From positions 94,860,001 through 94,924,000 of the forward strand of contig OX597822.1 in assembly GCA_951406725.2 (NCBI GenBank): a stretch of DNA of 64,000 nt, in the 5' to 3' direction. Position 1 is the first letter of the stretch; every line of letters starts with the position of its first letter. A program made the position numbers and the translations under genes. The notes under the pieces were generated by a model. It worked only from the letters and a program-made list of their open reading frames with translations. It did no database searches and had not been told where the DNA came from. Below, piece by piece: positions 26,113 through 40,750 of the stretch. This DNA comes from Octopus vulgaris. Lineage: Eukaryota.

Positions 26113-27336
26113 ATTAATATATAAAGAAGTCAGAAGCACTTAAAGTTACGTAATTTTAGCCAATTTCCTCACGAGCGGAAATTGAATCTGTTGCCATGTC
26201 AACGCCAGTGTATTGTTGTCTACCCACGGAACCGTACACAGATTTTTGAAAATGAAAATAAAAAAGGAACCTTAAAGATTGAATAGAATTTGAATTTTTA
26301 AAACTGAAAACATTACGGAATCTAAAATTATGAAGAGAGTGAATAAAAAAATATTATAAAGGATTTAATCCATTGCATAGTGTAGAGGAATTGTATCAAT
26401 GTTTTCTCTGTTTGAATTGGATGTTAAATTATTGTCCTATATTCATGGTATTTGTGGTGTTTATTATTTAAAATGTCTATTTACAACACTTTACGTTCTG
26501 ATTTCATATCCAGTCGTGGTCAGCTTTGTCTTTCCCTACCCCAGCTTCAATAAAACAAAGTACCAGTGAAGAACTGGGGGATTCCTCTCATCAAAATTAT
26601 TTGCCTTATATCTAAATCAGAAACAATTATCGCAAGGTTTTAATATTCTATCTTCGCTCCTGTGCAGCACATGGGCTCAACTCTCCTCCCCTCTTCTTCT
26701 AATTCCCCTCCTTTCCTCTCTTCATCTCACACCTACTCCCTCTCTTCACTCCTCTCCACCTTCTCCCTTCATCGTTACCCCCTCCATCCACACTTCAACC
26801 CTACACACCCCAGCCCCACTACTCCGCCTACACATCCCACATACACACCTCTACCCCACATCCTCACTTCAAACCTACATCCTACCCTCACATCCTCACA
26901 CACCACCCTCGCATCCTCACATCCCAACACTGCCACACCACGCCACACACCACCGCACCACATACCCAACTACATCGCAACACCCCGCACACACTAGCAC
27001 TGACCCCTTCTCAGCACCCACACCACACACTACTACACCATATCACACCACCCCGCACATACTAGCATTGACCACTTCCCAGCACCCACACCATCATCCA
27101 CACACCCACACACTCACATACACACGCACGCGCACCTTCGTTTGAGGATCACCAATACTTTACTATCTCCCCTTCTTCCTGGTTCTCCTGTCTAACTACC
27201 TCTGTCCAGCCAACCGCTATGATTGACCGCTAGCTCCAAACGTAAAAGACTTTCTCACCTTTCCGAGCATTAAATTAATACGCCTGTTTGTTGTTTATAC
27301 ACCTGTCTTCGTCTTTTGTTTTTCTGTAAATTCCAA

Positions 27337-27379
<43 letters not shown>

Positions 27380-27384
<5 letters not shown>

Positions 27385-27602
27385 GTATCTTTGGCGATTT
27401 TTTTCCCTCCGTCTTCCCTTCTTTAGATTTTTCCTCTTCCTATGTTTCTGACGAAGAGCTCCGCTCGAAACCTTAAATACTCCTTCTTTCTTTTCTTTCC
27501 TGGAGGAGGATTTAACGTTTCGAGCGGAGCTTTTCGTCAGAAACAGAAGAAAAGGAAAAATCCAAAGAAAGGAAGACGGAGGAAAAAAATCGCCAAAGAT
27601 AC

Positions 27603-27606
<4 letters not shown>
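27380..27606. repeat. Inverted pair of Penelope-like fragments with hammerhead-like motifs
   Basis: Motifs at 27448-27474 (+) and 27514-27540 (-). Paralog of 2531-2768. Confidence 0.6.
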
Positions 27607-27645
<39 letters not shown>

Positions 27646-28273
27646 CACACACACATACATACATACATACATACATACATACATACATACATACATACAT
27701 ACATACATACATACATACATACATACCTTTACATAAAGACATAAATACATATTGAAAGTAATAGACATGAAACTAATAGATATATATCGATACATAATGA
27801 AAGTAATTGAAATTGAAACCATATATTAGGGAAAGTATTAATAGAGATGTTATTGTTTCACTTTTGACTCGTAATACGGAAACAATGATAAAAGATTGCT
27901 CCGGGCTTGTATTAGGCAAAAAGTTTTTTAAAATTTTTGACCCGTGACACTGCATGGACCCTAAGTAAGGCATGTGTAAAATTTGAATGAAATCCGTTTA
28001 GTAATTCTCGAGTTTTAGTGTTACACACATACTGATCCACAGACAGACATACACACACACACACATTCTCAGTTTTATATATATAGATATATGTATATAT
28101 ATATATGTATGTACACACACACACACACACATATATATATACATGCATACATGTACATTTATAAATGAAGACTAGTTACGACAGAAAATTTAATCAATTT
28201 TTCCCACACCGCAACATAAAACTAGGTTATCAAACTTGATTTATTAACTATATGATGATAAGTAACTGTGTCC

Positions 28274-28357
28274 GCCCGCATAGCTCAGTCGGTAGAGCAT
28301 CAGACTTTTAAGCGTTAAGTGATCTGAGGGTCGCGGGTTCAAGTCCCTCTGTGGGCG
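28274..28357 (+). tRNA. tRNA-Lys(UUU) with 11-nt intron (family A, AGCGTTAAGTG)
   Basis: Intact exons, T6 terminator 3 nt downstream. Confidence 0.93.
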
Positions 28358-31213
28358 TACTTTTTTATTTACTATATTCTTTGTGGTTTTTGTCACTGTT
28401 TACAATTTTGTTCCAATTGTTTTCAAATTTGCTATATGGGTTAAGTTTTGTATACTAATTATGAAAATAAAATTCATTTTTCATATTACTCCGTGATTAA
28501 AAAGTTATTAGTCTTTAAGATTTGCAAAATTTGAATGTTTTAGCCAATCAGAAGCGAGTATGTTACACATCACCGTGGCGAGAAGCTCTGTTTCCATAGC
28601 AACCAAATATGCTGCACATGCACACAAGAAGGAGAAGGTGATACGAGAAAGATAATCTTTTTGCTATAATAATCGTCTGTCGTTACGTTCTGAGTTCAAA
28701 TTCCGCCGAGGTCGACTTTGCCTTTCATTCTTTCGGGGTCGATAAATTAAGTACCAGTTTCGCACTGGTGTCGATGTAATTGACTTAATCCGTTTGTCTG
28801 TCCTTGTTTGTCCCCTCTATGTTTAGCCTTGTGGGCAGTAAAGAAATATATAATAATATTCTTGTTTTTCTCTGTGAAATCTCTCTATATATAAAGCTGA
28901 AGTTGTCTGTGTGTGGCAGGTTTGGTAGCCTTCAACTAACACTATCTCCTCCGAGACCCTGCTGCGCAAGTTGACCAAAATTGAGAGTATGATAGAAGAA
29001 GGCTTCTGCGGGCGTACCTTTTTTTTTTTTTTTCAGTAGCAGGTGTACGTGTTGAGTTTCCTCAGGAATTTTATACTGTGCGTGCCTGCTTTTTAAAAAT
29101 ATATTTGTTTATTCAAAATTTTAGAAATATATTTTGGAACGGATTGCCCGTGTATCATATGAAACCTGTTGCCTGAATTTCTAAGTATAGATTCAGTTTT
29201 ATAATTGCGTTGATATATGTTTGCCTACATTTTGAAATATGTATATATTATTTCATTTTGCTAGCGCGGTGAGCTGGCAAAATCGTTAGCATGCCAAACA
29301 TAATGCTTAGCGACATTTCGTCCGTCTTTACATAGAATGCTGCCGAGATAGACTTTGCCTTTTATCCTTTCGGAGTCAATAAATACTTCAACAACAGTAG
29401 CCTAGTTTCGAAGGAGTTACTCGGGTGACATCGAGCATGAATTTGTGCTTAAAAAATTCTTCATTTCAAGAACTTTGATGATTTCAATCACAAACATGAA
29501 ACACTGCAAACGATGTTAACAATGTCGATGACAACGATAATGACGATGATAACGATGCAGAGGAAGAGTTTTATGACCCCCCCCCCCAAAAAAAAAGAGG
29601 TTCGTCAAGGCACCTCGAAAGATATTCTCATCATCTTGGGGAGCCGGAATACCAAACTAGATAGATAGCTGGGCTTTGGGGGATTAGATGAATATATGAT
29701 TGTGAGGTGCGACGTTTAGACTCTATCAGCAGCTCCATGCTTACCCTAATCAACACAGTTCCATGCTTACCCTAATCAACACAGTTCCACACAAAAACTC
29801 CAAGAGAACAACCTAATGGCGAAGTTCATAACTAGACTGATTTCATTCTCGCACTTAAAAACACATCAAGTCAAGCATTTGGAAGAAAAAATATCAAGTG
29901 ATGGTCTTTCCCCTCTGCAAATGCCAGTAGTGATAACGACATGGTATTGATAATACTCAAATTCAAGATGGAAAAAAAATCTATATGAAAAGAATACTGC
30001 CTATAATATTCGTTGTGGAAATGTCGGAAGAACCAGAGGTTGCTTTAATATTTAAGTCCACGTGGATGGCAGGTTTGCGGTCTCCAGTTTGCAAGAAGAA
30101 GAATTTATTAACTTCGTGACTGACAACTTGTAGGAAGCACTTTATGAATCAGCTTTAGAATTTTTGACCAGAAGGAAGTAAAAACACAAACAACAAATTA
30201 TAGATTACCGATGACACACTTAGACTTGCGTATTACAAAACGGGGCATAAAGATAGATAAAGGTAACAGATCTTGAAGCTACTCAGCAACACTCCACAGT
30301 AAATAAGCGAATCAGAAATAAAATAAAGGAAGCCAAGAAGAAGTATATAACAGAGCAGATGCTATCTATGCTACGAACAAGGAAGTAATTCATCGTCACT
30401 GTTATTAAAGACAAAATAGGCTCTCTTCTCATTGACGAGTCAGTACTATCAGAAGATAAACCGAGTATTTTGTGTAGAACATTACGATAACCGTAAATCC
30501 TCGAGTATAGTCCGCCCTTGAGTATAATACGCAGGGGATTTTTAGAGGGCTGTGCCTCTGAAAAACCTAAACCTTGTGTATAATACGCACCCCTTCTCTA
30601 ACTTGAGTCAAGGAGGTCTATATAACGTCCTTGGTTTGTAAAAATGTATACGGTAACGTCTTTTATTATTATTGTATATATAACACAATGCAAACGTGTA
30701 GCTTTTTTGTGCATTTTGTTTGCAGAAAATAAAGAAATAACATTAATAACGTTTAATAAATATTGCTTACTGCAAGTTATGGATGATTCTTTTATGATTT
30801 CATTGCTTTCAGGCTTAGCTTAAGGTATTTTCGCGCCCGACATCACAAAATGCGCCTGAATAAACATTGCCGGACAGCAAATAGAGACTCAGACATTGCT
30901 TAGAAAATAATCTTCATTTTCAAGCTCGTGTATAATACGCACTAGGGATTTTGAACTTTAAATTTTGTTGGAAAAATGCGGATTATACTCGAGGATTTAC
31001 GGTATAACGTCAGTAATAACGCCAAGAAGGCGGAAAATCATCATGGGTGGACGTGCAACCTCTTCGACATACACACGCTTTTCGTCTCATCCTGACATAC
31101 GAACCCTGCATTGTCTACGAACTTTTGCACATATATAAGACACTCGGATAGACTCTCAACAACTCTCTTTCTCTACATGCATATCTTTTTTTTTTTTCAC
31201 TTTCAACAGTGAA

Positions 31214-31593
31214 GAAGCACTCCGTCGGTTACGACGATGAGGGTTCCGGTTGATCCGATCAACGGAACAGCCTGCTCGTGAAATTAACTTGTAAGTGGCT
31301 GAGCACTCCACAGACACGTGTACCCTTAACGTAGTTCTCGGGGATATTCAGCGTGACACAGAGAGTGACAAGGCCGGCCCTTTGAAATACAGGTACAACA
31401 GAAACAGGAAGTAAGAGTGAGAGAAAGTTGTGGTGAAAGAGTACAGCAGGGATCACCACCATCCCCTGCCGGAGCCTCGTGGAGCTTTAGGTGTTTTCGC
31501 TCAATAAACACCTACAACGCCCGGTCTGGGAATCGAAACCGCGATCCTATGACCGCGAGTCCGCTGCCCTAACCACTGGGCCATTGCGCCTCC
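31214..31593 (-). mobile_element. tRNA-derived SINE (paralog of 10222)
   Basis: Reverse complement of 10222-10605 with the same TSD. Confidence 0.85.
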
Positions 31594-32087
31594 ACACTTT
31601 CAACAGTAGACTCTTAACAAAGGACACTATTTTCAGCTAAGTTTAATCACTTTTGTTTACTCGTTTTTATGCAGTTCATTTCTTTTGCTGCACCACATAA
31701 TGTTCATACATGTACCTGCATGCTGACATTATCACATTCATGTACCACACCATGCCTTTCTCGCTTATTTTTCATGCTCCCTGCACCCTTGTAGATACAA
31801 CTCGCCCCTGTAAGACCCCTAGGTCAGTCACATATACATAGAAAAAGTTGTTTGTCCCTTACAACGCGTCCGCATGCCACACTTTGCTCCTGCACGTTCA
31901 AGGCATTAAATACCTCATGCATCTGCTGACATATCCAGCATTGCCTCAGTCACTGGCATATTCATCGCTGTTTTGTATTTGTAATAACTGCACTGGCATA
32001 CTACCTCGGCCATGAGCCCTTTTGCACATACGCACACACAACTCTGTTACGCCTCTACAGCCTTGTTTTTCAACATGTCCGTGCCAT

Positions 32088-32392
32088 CATCATCGACATT
32101 GTTCGACCGTGGTCGAGACAATGGAATTTACCATGCTACGTCAGACTTCACGGTCCTTCATGGCATTACGGAGGTCCTGTTGCTGGATGCCTATATCCCT
32201 GGAGATTACATCAGGGTAGGAGAGTGTGCGCCCTCTGGTATTGCGAGTAGATGGCTTCCAGAGGAGAAGAGTAGAAATTGCCTCGTTTTCAGCTCTACAA
32301 CAATGTCCAGCAAACTGGACTCTCCTACCTTTCACAAGAGATGACACAGGTGGTAGTTTCCCATATATTTGCATGCTCAGCGTGCCAGCTCA
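32088..32392 (-). mobile_element. RTE-like LINE 3' end (paralog of 9427)
   Basis: ORF 32141-32374 gives the same peptide with a premature stop. Confidence 0.8.
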
Positions 32393-34025
32393 GCTCTTTA
32401 CCCGACTCGATGCACGTCGAATGTCCACATGCTCTGCGCTCATGTTTAGGCATAAATTTCCCTCTGTTAGACCCCCGTTTGGTCACATAATGAATGGAGG
32501 AAATTACCTGTCTCGCGCATCACTCCAGCATGCTACACTGTCGTTCTTGCTAACCTCAGCAATTACCCATGACAACAACACCAGACACGTTTCACTTCTG
32601 AAAACTTTCACGGCATTTCACACACTACAATCCTTTAGCAAGATCTACGATATCTTGGATTGAGAATGAGCTCACTTGCTCACCTGAGCTTATTTTACAG
32701 TGAATTTTGATACGTGCACCTGCACTCGTGTATATGCCCTCATGCGCACGCACGCGCTAACATATTTTCCATACTGCTCAGTCACTAACTGCACATTTTG
32801 GCACTCAAAACGACACCGCTATTCGGACTCTCTCCTCATATGCAAAATTTTTCCTCAGCCATGCATTTCTTTCTCTTCTTCGATCGATCGTTTCCTTTTC
32901 CTGGAATCTCTGTGGAGGGGGAGTGATGTAGTGGCTTTATGCAGGTATGGCGTGGATTCGATTATTGATCGCCAAATTTTGATTAACAGTTCAACAGCAC
33001 TTTTCTCACGGTAAAACAATAGTCTTTCTGTGAGTGACAGCAGTTACATTTACCAGATGCCTTCGCTAAACAGAACAATATCTTTGCCACTTGACTCTTC
33101 TAACCTCTTCTATTTCACCAAAAGCTAGAATAGAGATAACAGGCCCCCAACGAAGTCTATTGTTCTCGACGATATGTCTCTCCTTCTGACTGGTTTTGCA
33201 TAGTTATAAATACAAGAATTTGGTAAGGCAAAATCAGTTCTTGTACTGTGTAAATTCCTTCTATTTCATTATATCCGATATTTAGACAAACTAACCCCAG
33301 CCCCTTACCTAAATCACACGCCCATTGTACGTAATGTCCTAGATTACCCCTAAAAAGACGGTTTGCTGAAGGCTGGAATGTCTTTGATGACAGATTTGCT
33401 ATATCAGGGTTGATATGAGGCTAAGTGATAACAAAATAAATATTGAGCCAGACCAACGACGGAGCCTGTATGTGGTAGTTCAAAGCACAGTTGATTAATA
33501 AAAATAATACTTCTGAGATGCAAGAAGCAGGAGACGTATTCATTTTAAACTTGTTTGTTAACATAATTACGAGTTATTGATACTTGTAACAAAGCACACC
33601 AAGTAAGTGTCACAACGTACTCCGCACTCGGGGAAAATTGCTACAGCTGACACCACCTCATTAATTAGAACCTGTCTAATTAATGTTATGTAATTTCTGT
33701 TTCTTTTTTTTTTCTGGTGATAACAATAAATAGAGATAGGATCTTTTCGGTTTGAACGGCAGTTTTTAACATAATTTCTAGGTAACTAAAAAATGTTAAA
33801 CTTCGTATACTGGTAGAATGTGTTTATAAAACATCTTTTTCTCTTGGCTTTATTGAGAAAATTCTATAGTTTGTAAGATATTTGGTCTTTAATTTCTTGC
33901 ATTTCGGCAATTTCAACCAATCAACCCGTGGAAAAATATTCATTTTCAAGAACGTCTTGAGGATAAGATCGTGTGAAGTGAGCAATATTGGTTCATATAA
34001 AATCTAAGAATGCCTTCATTCGTCC

Positions 34026-34117
34026 GCCCGCATAGCTCAGTCGGTAGAGCATCAGACTTTTAATCACTAACTTTGTAAGTGATCTGAGGGTCGTGGGTTC
34101 AAGTCCCCCTGCGGGCG
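34026..34117 (+). tRNA. tRNA-Lys(UUU) with 19-nt intron (family C)
   Basis: Exons identical to 20112; the intron differs at 2 positions. Confidence 0.92.
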
Positions 34118-34579
34118 AATGTTTTCATTTTTACTCTATTGAAATGTTTTGCATGTCTGAAGAGTTTTATTGATTTAATGTCTACACGTTTCTTGTGTTC
34201 ATTTTAAAACACCTTTTTGTTTTAAAACATGAAGTAACCCATTGCATAGTGTAGAGAAATTTTCTGTCTTTGAATTGGATGTTAAATTATTGTCCTATAT
34301 TCATGGTTTTTATGGTGTTTATTATTTAAAATGTCTATTTACAACACTTTACGTTCTGATTTCATATCCAGTCGTGGTCAGCTTTGTCTTTCACTACCTC
34401 AACTTCAATAAAACAAAGTACCAGTGAAGAACTGGGGGAATCCTCTCATCAAAATTATTTGCCTTATATCTAAATCAGAAACAATTATCGCAAGGAGCGA
34501 GCTGGTAAAATCATTGGAAAGTCGGAAAACATGTATTGCTGTATTTGTTCGACACTTTAATTTCTGAGTTCAAATACCT

Positions 34580-34986
34580 ATTTCTTTACTACCCACAAGG
34601 GGCTAAACACAGAGAGGACAAACAAGAACAGACAAACGGATTAAGTCGATTATATCGACCCCAGTGCGTAACTGATAATTAATCTATCGACCCCGAAAGG
34701 ATGAAAGGCAAAGTCGACCTCGGCGGAATTTAAACTCAGAATGTAGCGGCAGACGAAATACCTATTTCTTTACTACCCACAAGGGGCTAAACACAGAGGG
34801 AACAAACAAGGACAGACAAACGGATTAAGTTGATTATATCGCCCCCAGTGCGTAACTGGTACTTATTTAATCGACCCCGAAAGGATGAAAGGCAAAGTCG
34901 ACCTCGGCGGAATTTGAACTCAGAACGTAGCGGCAGACGAAATACCGCTAAGCATTTCGTCTGGCGTGCTAACGTTTCTGCCAGCA
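34580..34986 (-). mobile_element. Two tandem SINE copies (GGCGGCGAGCTGG family)
   Basis: Duplicated ATTTCTTTACTACCCACAAGGGGCTAAAC...GAAATACC block. Confidence 0.8.
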
Positions 34987-35379
34987 CTACTGTTGTCAGC
35001 AGACGAATGAGTGTTGAAAAACCAGTTGGTGGGGACTGAAGATACTTTTTCTACATGTCAGTAAATGGGGAAGTCTGCTAGAAAAAGGCTGGCTTTTGAC
35101 TAAACAACAACAAAACCCAGCGGTTAATTGGAGTGAGTGATCGGATCACAATATATAACTAAATATTTTTAAAAATGAAATTCAGATTTTTTTTTTCCAG
35201 AATCGTAATCTTTCATATAGAAAACATCTGAATCTGACAGACAACTTGGTTATATGCGGTGCTGCAGTCAGAACACTCATTGGCTGGTTATAATTTATAC
35301 TCCAATCAAGATTCTGTCTATTAATTACTCCTGTTAGATTAGCTTACTAAGTGCTAATGAAAAAAGAAATACAAACGAA

Positions 35380-35720
35380 CATCGGGTTCAGTTCCACTGC
35401 GTGGTATCTTGGGCAAGTGTCTTCTGCTATAGCCCCGGGCCGACCAATGCCTTGTGAGTGGATTTAGTAGACGGAAACTGAAAGAAGCCTGTCGTATATA
35501 TGTATATATATATGTGTGTGTATGTGTTTGTGTGTCTGTGTTTGTCCCCCTGGTGTGTTTACGTCCCCGTCACTTAGCGGTTCGGCAAAAGAGACCGATA
35601 GAATAAGTACTGGGCTTACAAAGAATAAGTCCCGGGATCGATTTGCTCGACTAAAAGGCGGTGCCCCAGCATGGCCGCAGTCAAATGACTGAAACAAGTA
35701 AAAGAGAGTAAAAGAGAGTA
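35380..35720 (+). mobile_element. 5'-truncated SINE (GAGTGGCTGTGTGG family)
   Basis: Matches 37949-38325, with a GTAAAAGAG tail. Confidence 0.75.
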
Positions 35721-36161
35721 ATGGGATTCAAAAATATTTAGAAAAAGCTCTAAATAAAAAAATGAGCAAAGAAAACGAAAGGAAAACGTTACATCTGGTT
35801 ATGCTCTGCTTCTAAAAGAACTCCGACTAGCCAGTTGTATTTTATGCTCCGATCATGAGTTAGACGAGTAATTCCTCCAGTTAAATAGATCAACTTAGCA
35901 ATGATAAAATAAAGATAACAAACATGGTAACATCATTTCTTCCCAATTATCAACGAGGGAACATTTACATGTTGATTCGACCTCGTCGGTATATAAACCA
36001 AATTACACTCAAATTACATGCAACCATCTATAAAAATGAACAGGCAATGTAGACAACGAAAACTCCCTTTAGTGGGTGTTTAAAATCTAAAAAACAAGTA
36101 ACAGGGGAGTTCAATTCAACAAGATCAGTTGAGTGAAATGTTTGGGAAATATAGAAATTTC

Positions 36162-36595
36162 GGATCTTTTCGGTTTGAACGGCAGTTTTAAACACAATTT
36201 CTAGGTAACTAAAAAATTTTAAACTTCGTATACTGGTAGAATGTGTTTATAAAACATCTTTTTCTCTTGGCTTTATTGAGAAAATTCTATAGTTTGTAAG
36301 ATATTTGGTCTTTAATTTCTTGCATTTCGGCAATTTCAACCAATCAATGGCCGTCTATTGAGGTGAAAACATTCTGTACCGTATGGACATGTCCCTCGTT
36401 TAAGAAATAGAATGGGTTTATTTACATTTGTGAAGAAAAAAAAGATACCCTTCTCCCCACCCCTAACCCTAACTAACCCTAACCCTAACCCTGAAACAGA
36501 TTAAAATGCAATAGATCGATTCTAGGGTCATAATTATGGGTGACAATTTCATATGACACCGCTAGAAAAAACTGCCGTTCAAACCGTAAAGATCC
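36162..36595. mobile_element. Merlin-type MITE with CCCTAA tract
   Basis: GG-terminal TIRs. TSD GAAATTTC/GAAAATTC. A partial sister copy lies at 33739-33925. Confidence 0.85.
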
Positions 36596-36916
36596 GAAAA
36601 TTCAGTTTAAGGTTGAACCTTAAAATTAAAGAACCGGAATAATAACCGACAAGTACTTTATTCGGAATTGCAGCGAATCACCGATGCACCGCGCTCAGAA
36701 TAAACTTACAAATAATTGAATCTAATTTAGGCGGGGTACCAGCAGTTTTGAGGAAAGACGTTAGATGATTACGTTATGCCAGGGTCTGAGAGCTTCTTTG
36801 TTTTATCGATCTTAAAAAGATGAAAGGCAAAAAGGTGCTACTTTAAGCGTGTGGCCTACTGCAGTATCCTGTCTACGCTGTGAAATTACTTTTAACGTGC
36901 GGTCTACCTTTTCTTG

Positions 36917-37412
36917 TGGTCCAGTGGTTAGGGCAGCGGACTCGCGGTCGGAGGATCGCGGTTTCGATTCCCAGACTGGGGCATTGTGAGTGTTTATCGA
37001 GCAAAAACACCTAAAGCTCCACGAGGCTCCGGCAGGGGGTGGTGGTGAACCCTGCTGTACACTTTCACCACAACTTTCCCTCACTCTTTCTTCCTGTTTC
37101 TGTTGTACCCGTATTTGAAAGGGCCAGCCTTCTCACACTCTGTGTCACGCTGAATCTCCTCGAGAACTACCTTAAGGGTACTCGTGTCTGTGGAGTTCTC
37201 AGCCACTCGCACGTTAATAAATGAGCTGCGACGTCACTGGTGCCAAGCTGTATCGGCCTTTGCCTTTGCCTTGGATAATATCGGTGGCGTGGAGAGGAGA
37301 GGCTGGTATGCGTGGGCGACTGCTGGTCTTCCATAAACAACCTTGCCCAGACTTGTACCTCGGAGGGTAACTTTCTAGGTGCAATTCCATGGTCATTCAT
37401 GACCGAAGGAGG
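36917..37412 (+). mobile_element. tRNA-derived SINE (10222 family, longer tail)
   Basis: Head and body match 10222. Confidence 0.75.
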
Positions 37413-37948
37413 TCACACTACCTTTTCTTACTCTCTTAACCTGAGTTGATTTTAAACATTACAATGTTGTTAAAGGATTTCTAAAGACGTATAATTTTTA
37501 CAGAGGAAACAGCAGATGCATTTTTGCAAGAAAACAATCTTCTGGATACATCACATCGATGTGGTAGCGTCATGCAAGAAAAAAGAAAACGTGACAGAAA
37601 TGGGAAATACCGGTCTATATTTCGCTGTCCTCGCACGCTGAAGTGTATAAGGGTAAGAAAAGGAAGACTGCACGCTAAAAGTAATTTCACAGCGTAGACA
37701 GGATACTGCGGTAGACCGTACGCTAAAGCAACACCAGCAAAAATATACATTGATGGAACTCCAATTGAAGCACTTGGTGATGCATTGTTGTTGTTTTTCT
37801 CTTTCTTCTCTTCCTTCTTTTTTCTCAACCCTTTTTCCCTTTTTGTCTTTTCCCCCCGCTTTTGTTTTCTTTTCTTTGTCTTCCTTTTGTAAAAACTTAA
37901 ATTATGGAAGAATCATGACAATTGTGTAGGATTTGTATTTTAATTATA

Positions 37949-38325
37949 GGTGCATGAGTGACTGTGTGGTAAGTAGCTTGCTTACCAACCACATGGTTCT
38001 GGGTTCAGTCCCACTGCGTGGAACCTTGAGCAAGTGTCTTCTACTATAGCCTCGGGCCGACCAAAGCCTTGTGAGTGGATATGGTAGACGGAAACTGAAA
38101 AGAAGCCCGTCGTATATATGTATGTGTATATGTGTGTATATGTTTGTGTGTCTGTGTTTGTCCCCCCCCCGAACATCGCTTGATAACCGATGCTGGTGTG
38201 TTTACGTCCCTGTAACTTAGCGGTTCGGCAAAATAGACTGATAGAATAAGTACTCGGCTTACAAAGAATAAGTCCTGGGGTCGATTTGCTCGACTAAAGG
38301 TGGTGCTCCAGCATGGCCGCAGTCA
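37949..38325 (+). mobile_element. SINE (GAGTGGCTGTGTGGTAAGTAGC family)
   Basis: tRNA-like head with GGTTCAGTCCC B box. Several copies in this window. Confidence 0.8.
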
Positions 38326-38539
38326 GTACAATTTTTTTCTTTTCTTTATCTCGTTTCGTTATTCTAACTCTATCAGCTCGCTACCTTTTTCCAAGCAACA
38401 GATAATATGTATATTTTAAAAAGAAAAGAAATATTTGGATTTCAACTCAATACTAATTTTCAAGAAATTAAAACTGTATGTACGCTGATAGGTCTATGAA
38501 CTAAAATAAACTATGCGTCCGCATAAAAAAAGTATCATA

Positions 38540-38631
38540 CGCCCGCAGAGGGACTCGAACCCGCGACCCTCAGATTACTTCTAAGGCTGACCTATAAAAG
38601 TCTGATGCTCTACCGACTGAGCTATGCGGGC
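38540..38631 (-). tRNA. tRNA-Lys(UUU) with 19-nt intron (family D, TAGGTCAGCCTTAGAAGTA)
   Basis: Intact, T loop TTCGAGT, T7 terminator. Confidence 0.93.
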
Positions 38632-39159
38632 GACAACAACTTACATTTTACATTATTATAGATATTTATATAGGTATTTATACATACGCCTGAACACGTC
38701 AATAAAATAAAAAATGTATATGTATGTGTGTGTATATGTTTGCGTGTCTGTGTTTGTCCCCCCGCCAACATCGCTTGACAACCGATGCTGGTGTGTTTAC
38801 GACCCCGTAACTTAGCGGTTCGGCAAAATAGACTGATAGAATAAGTACTAGGCTTTGCACGACTAAAGGTGGTGATGCAGCATGGCTGCAGTCAAATGAC
38901 TGAAACAAGTAAAAGAGTAAAAGAGATTAGTTCGACAAAAATATAACGCGTCTGAAGAAACAGCACAATTTTTTTTTGTCTTTTGCTCGTTTCGTTATTC
39001 TAACTCTATCAGCTCGCTACCTTTTTCCAAGCAACAGATAATATGTATATTTTAAAAAGAAAAGAAATATTTGGATTTCAACTCAATACTAATTTTCAAG
39101 AAATTAAAACTGTATGTACGCTGATAGGTCTATGCGTCCGCATAAAAAATAGTATCATA

Positions 39160-39251
39160 CGCCCGCAGAGGGACTCGAACCCGCGACCCTCAGATTACTT
39201 CTAAGGTTGACCTATAAAAGTCTGATGCTCTACCGACTGAGCTATGCGGGC
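39160..39251 (-). tRNA. tRNA-Lys(UUU) with 19-nt intron (family D)
   Basis: Intact. Part of a ~620-bp local tandem duplication with 38540. Confidence 0.93.
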
Positions 39252-40059
39252 GACAACAATCTCCCTCTTACATTATACACATAAACAAGCTGATAACGTA
39301 TTTTGAGGCCTGTAATTGCAAGAACAATTCACTTAATAAATCTATTGTTTATGAAACCTAAAGTATTCTATGGACAAGGTTTATTGTTTAAAAAACAACA
39401 CGATATCGTATTTTTTACGGACGATAATACATTCCTCTGGTAACCAACATTTTGGATATTAATGTCGAATGCCATAAAATAAATGATATCGTTCATTCAG
39501 TACACGGAAGTGCGTTGAGGAACCAGCTGGCGGAAGCTTAGCATACTTTTTCAATATCACAGCTAATGAGTATCTATGCTAGATCAGAACTGACTTTCCA
39601 CTAAACAATAACAATGAAAACACCTCCATATGATTACTTGAAGTAATCGGACCACAGAAACATGAATTTTTTTTAATGAAATACTCTTTTTCCACTTTTT
39701 TTTTGCCTACAGTCACAATTTTTCCAGTTGATGAAATACAAAAACAAAGAAATTGTCGAAAAAACTAAATTAAATTAAAAGCAAAGAGTAATATCACACC
39801 TGGTTATATGTGATGTTTCTATGATAACTCTTCATTGCTTTGATTAGGATTTTGCTAAAATATTCAGCTTTTTATATAAATGAACTTACTCAACAATTAG
39901 TGAGGCTAAGAAAACAAATAGCTTGCCAGATCAATAAAATTATCAACAGAATTCTTCACAAATTACTGAATAGAGAGAGAGGTTATCATTTTGTGGACGT
40001 AAAACTTAACATAAAACTAAAACCGTGACTTGTGAGTAAAACCCTCCAAAACGAACATA

Positions 40060-40151
40060 CGGCCGCAGAGGGACTTGAACCCGCGACCCTCAGATAACCT
40101 TCAAAGTCAATATATAAAAGGCTGATGTTCTACCGACTGAGCTACGCGGGC
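40060..40151 (-). pseudogene. Likely tRNA-Lys(UUU) pseudogene with diverged 19-nt intron
   Basis: C2:C71 mismatch, A31C in the anticodon stem, D-stem G to A. Confidence 0.75.
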
Positions 40152-40695
40152 TGACATTCGCTCACTTTTTATATTATGTATAAAAGCAAGATTGATAAGG
40201 CTTTGTTCATTGCGCTGTGCACCATTTCTGTCCATCCTCTTCCAAAATGAACCCTACTGAAATAAATTTGCTCCATTCAGCCGCACACATAACTGGCACA
40301 AACCCTCACTTTAAAATGAGAAACACACTAAAACGAAAAAAAAAATTTTTTAAGCATATAACGTACATACAATTTCGCATACTGAAAACTAATTATACTA
40401 CATCTAATAGGTTACGAAACGGCTGTTATCATCTGGAATTATAAATCTGTCTTCACCTCTGATACCGCCTGACTGTATGCTTTATTTAGTCCTCGCAGAA
40501 AAATTCATTGTCCGAATTTCCAGCGTTTTCAGTTACACGGATATATTACATTACACTACGTGGTAATTGATTTCTATATAAACTGATGGCCGATTTCGAA
40601 GGAAAGGCTTACTGTGAGTGTTGCATGATTCCCTGAATCCATTTCTTTTATACTACTCTTTTACACGCGCACTCGCACGCACACACAGACAGACA

Positions 40696-40750
<55 letters not shown>

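Larger units (their letters stand above)
29005..33300. repeat. Inverted segmental duplication of 9150-13012 plus 5405-6050
   Basis: Same ordered RTE end, SINE, Tc-MITE and decayed LINE in reverse. It begins with a tRNA 3' stub (TCTGCGGGCG) followed by its terminator. Confidence 0.9.
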
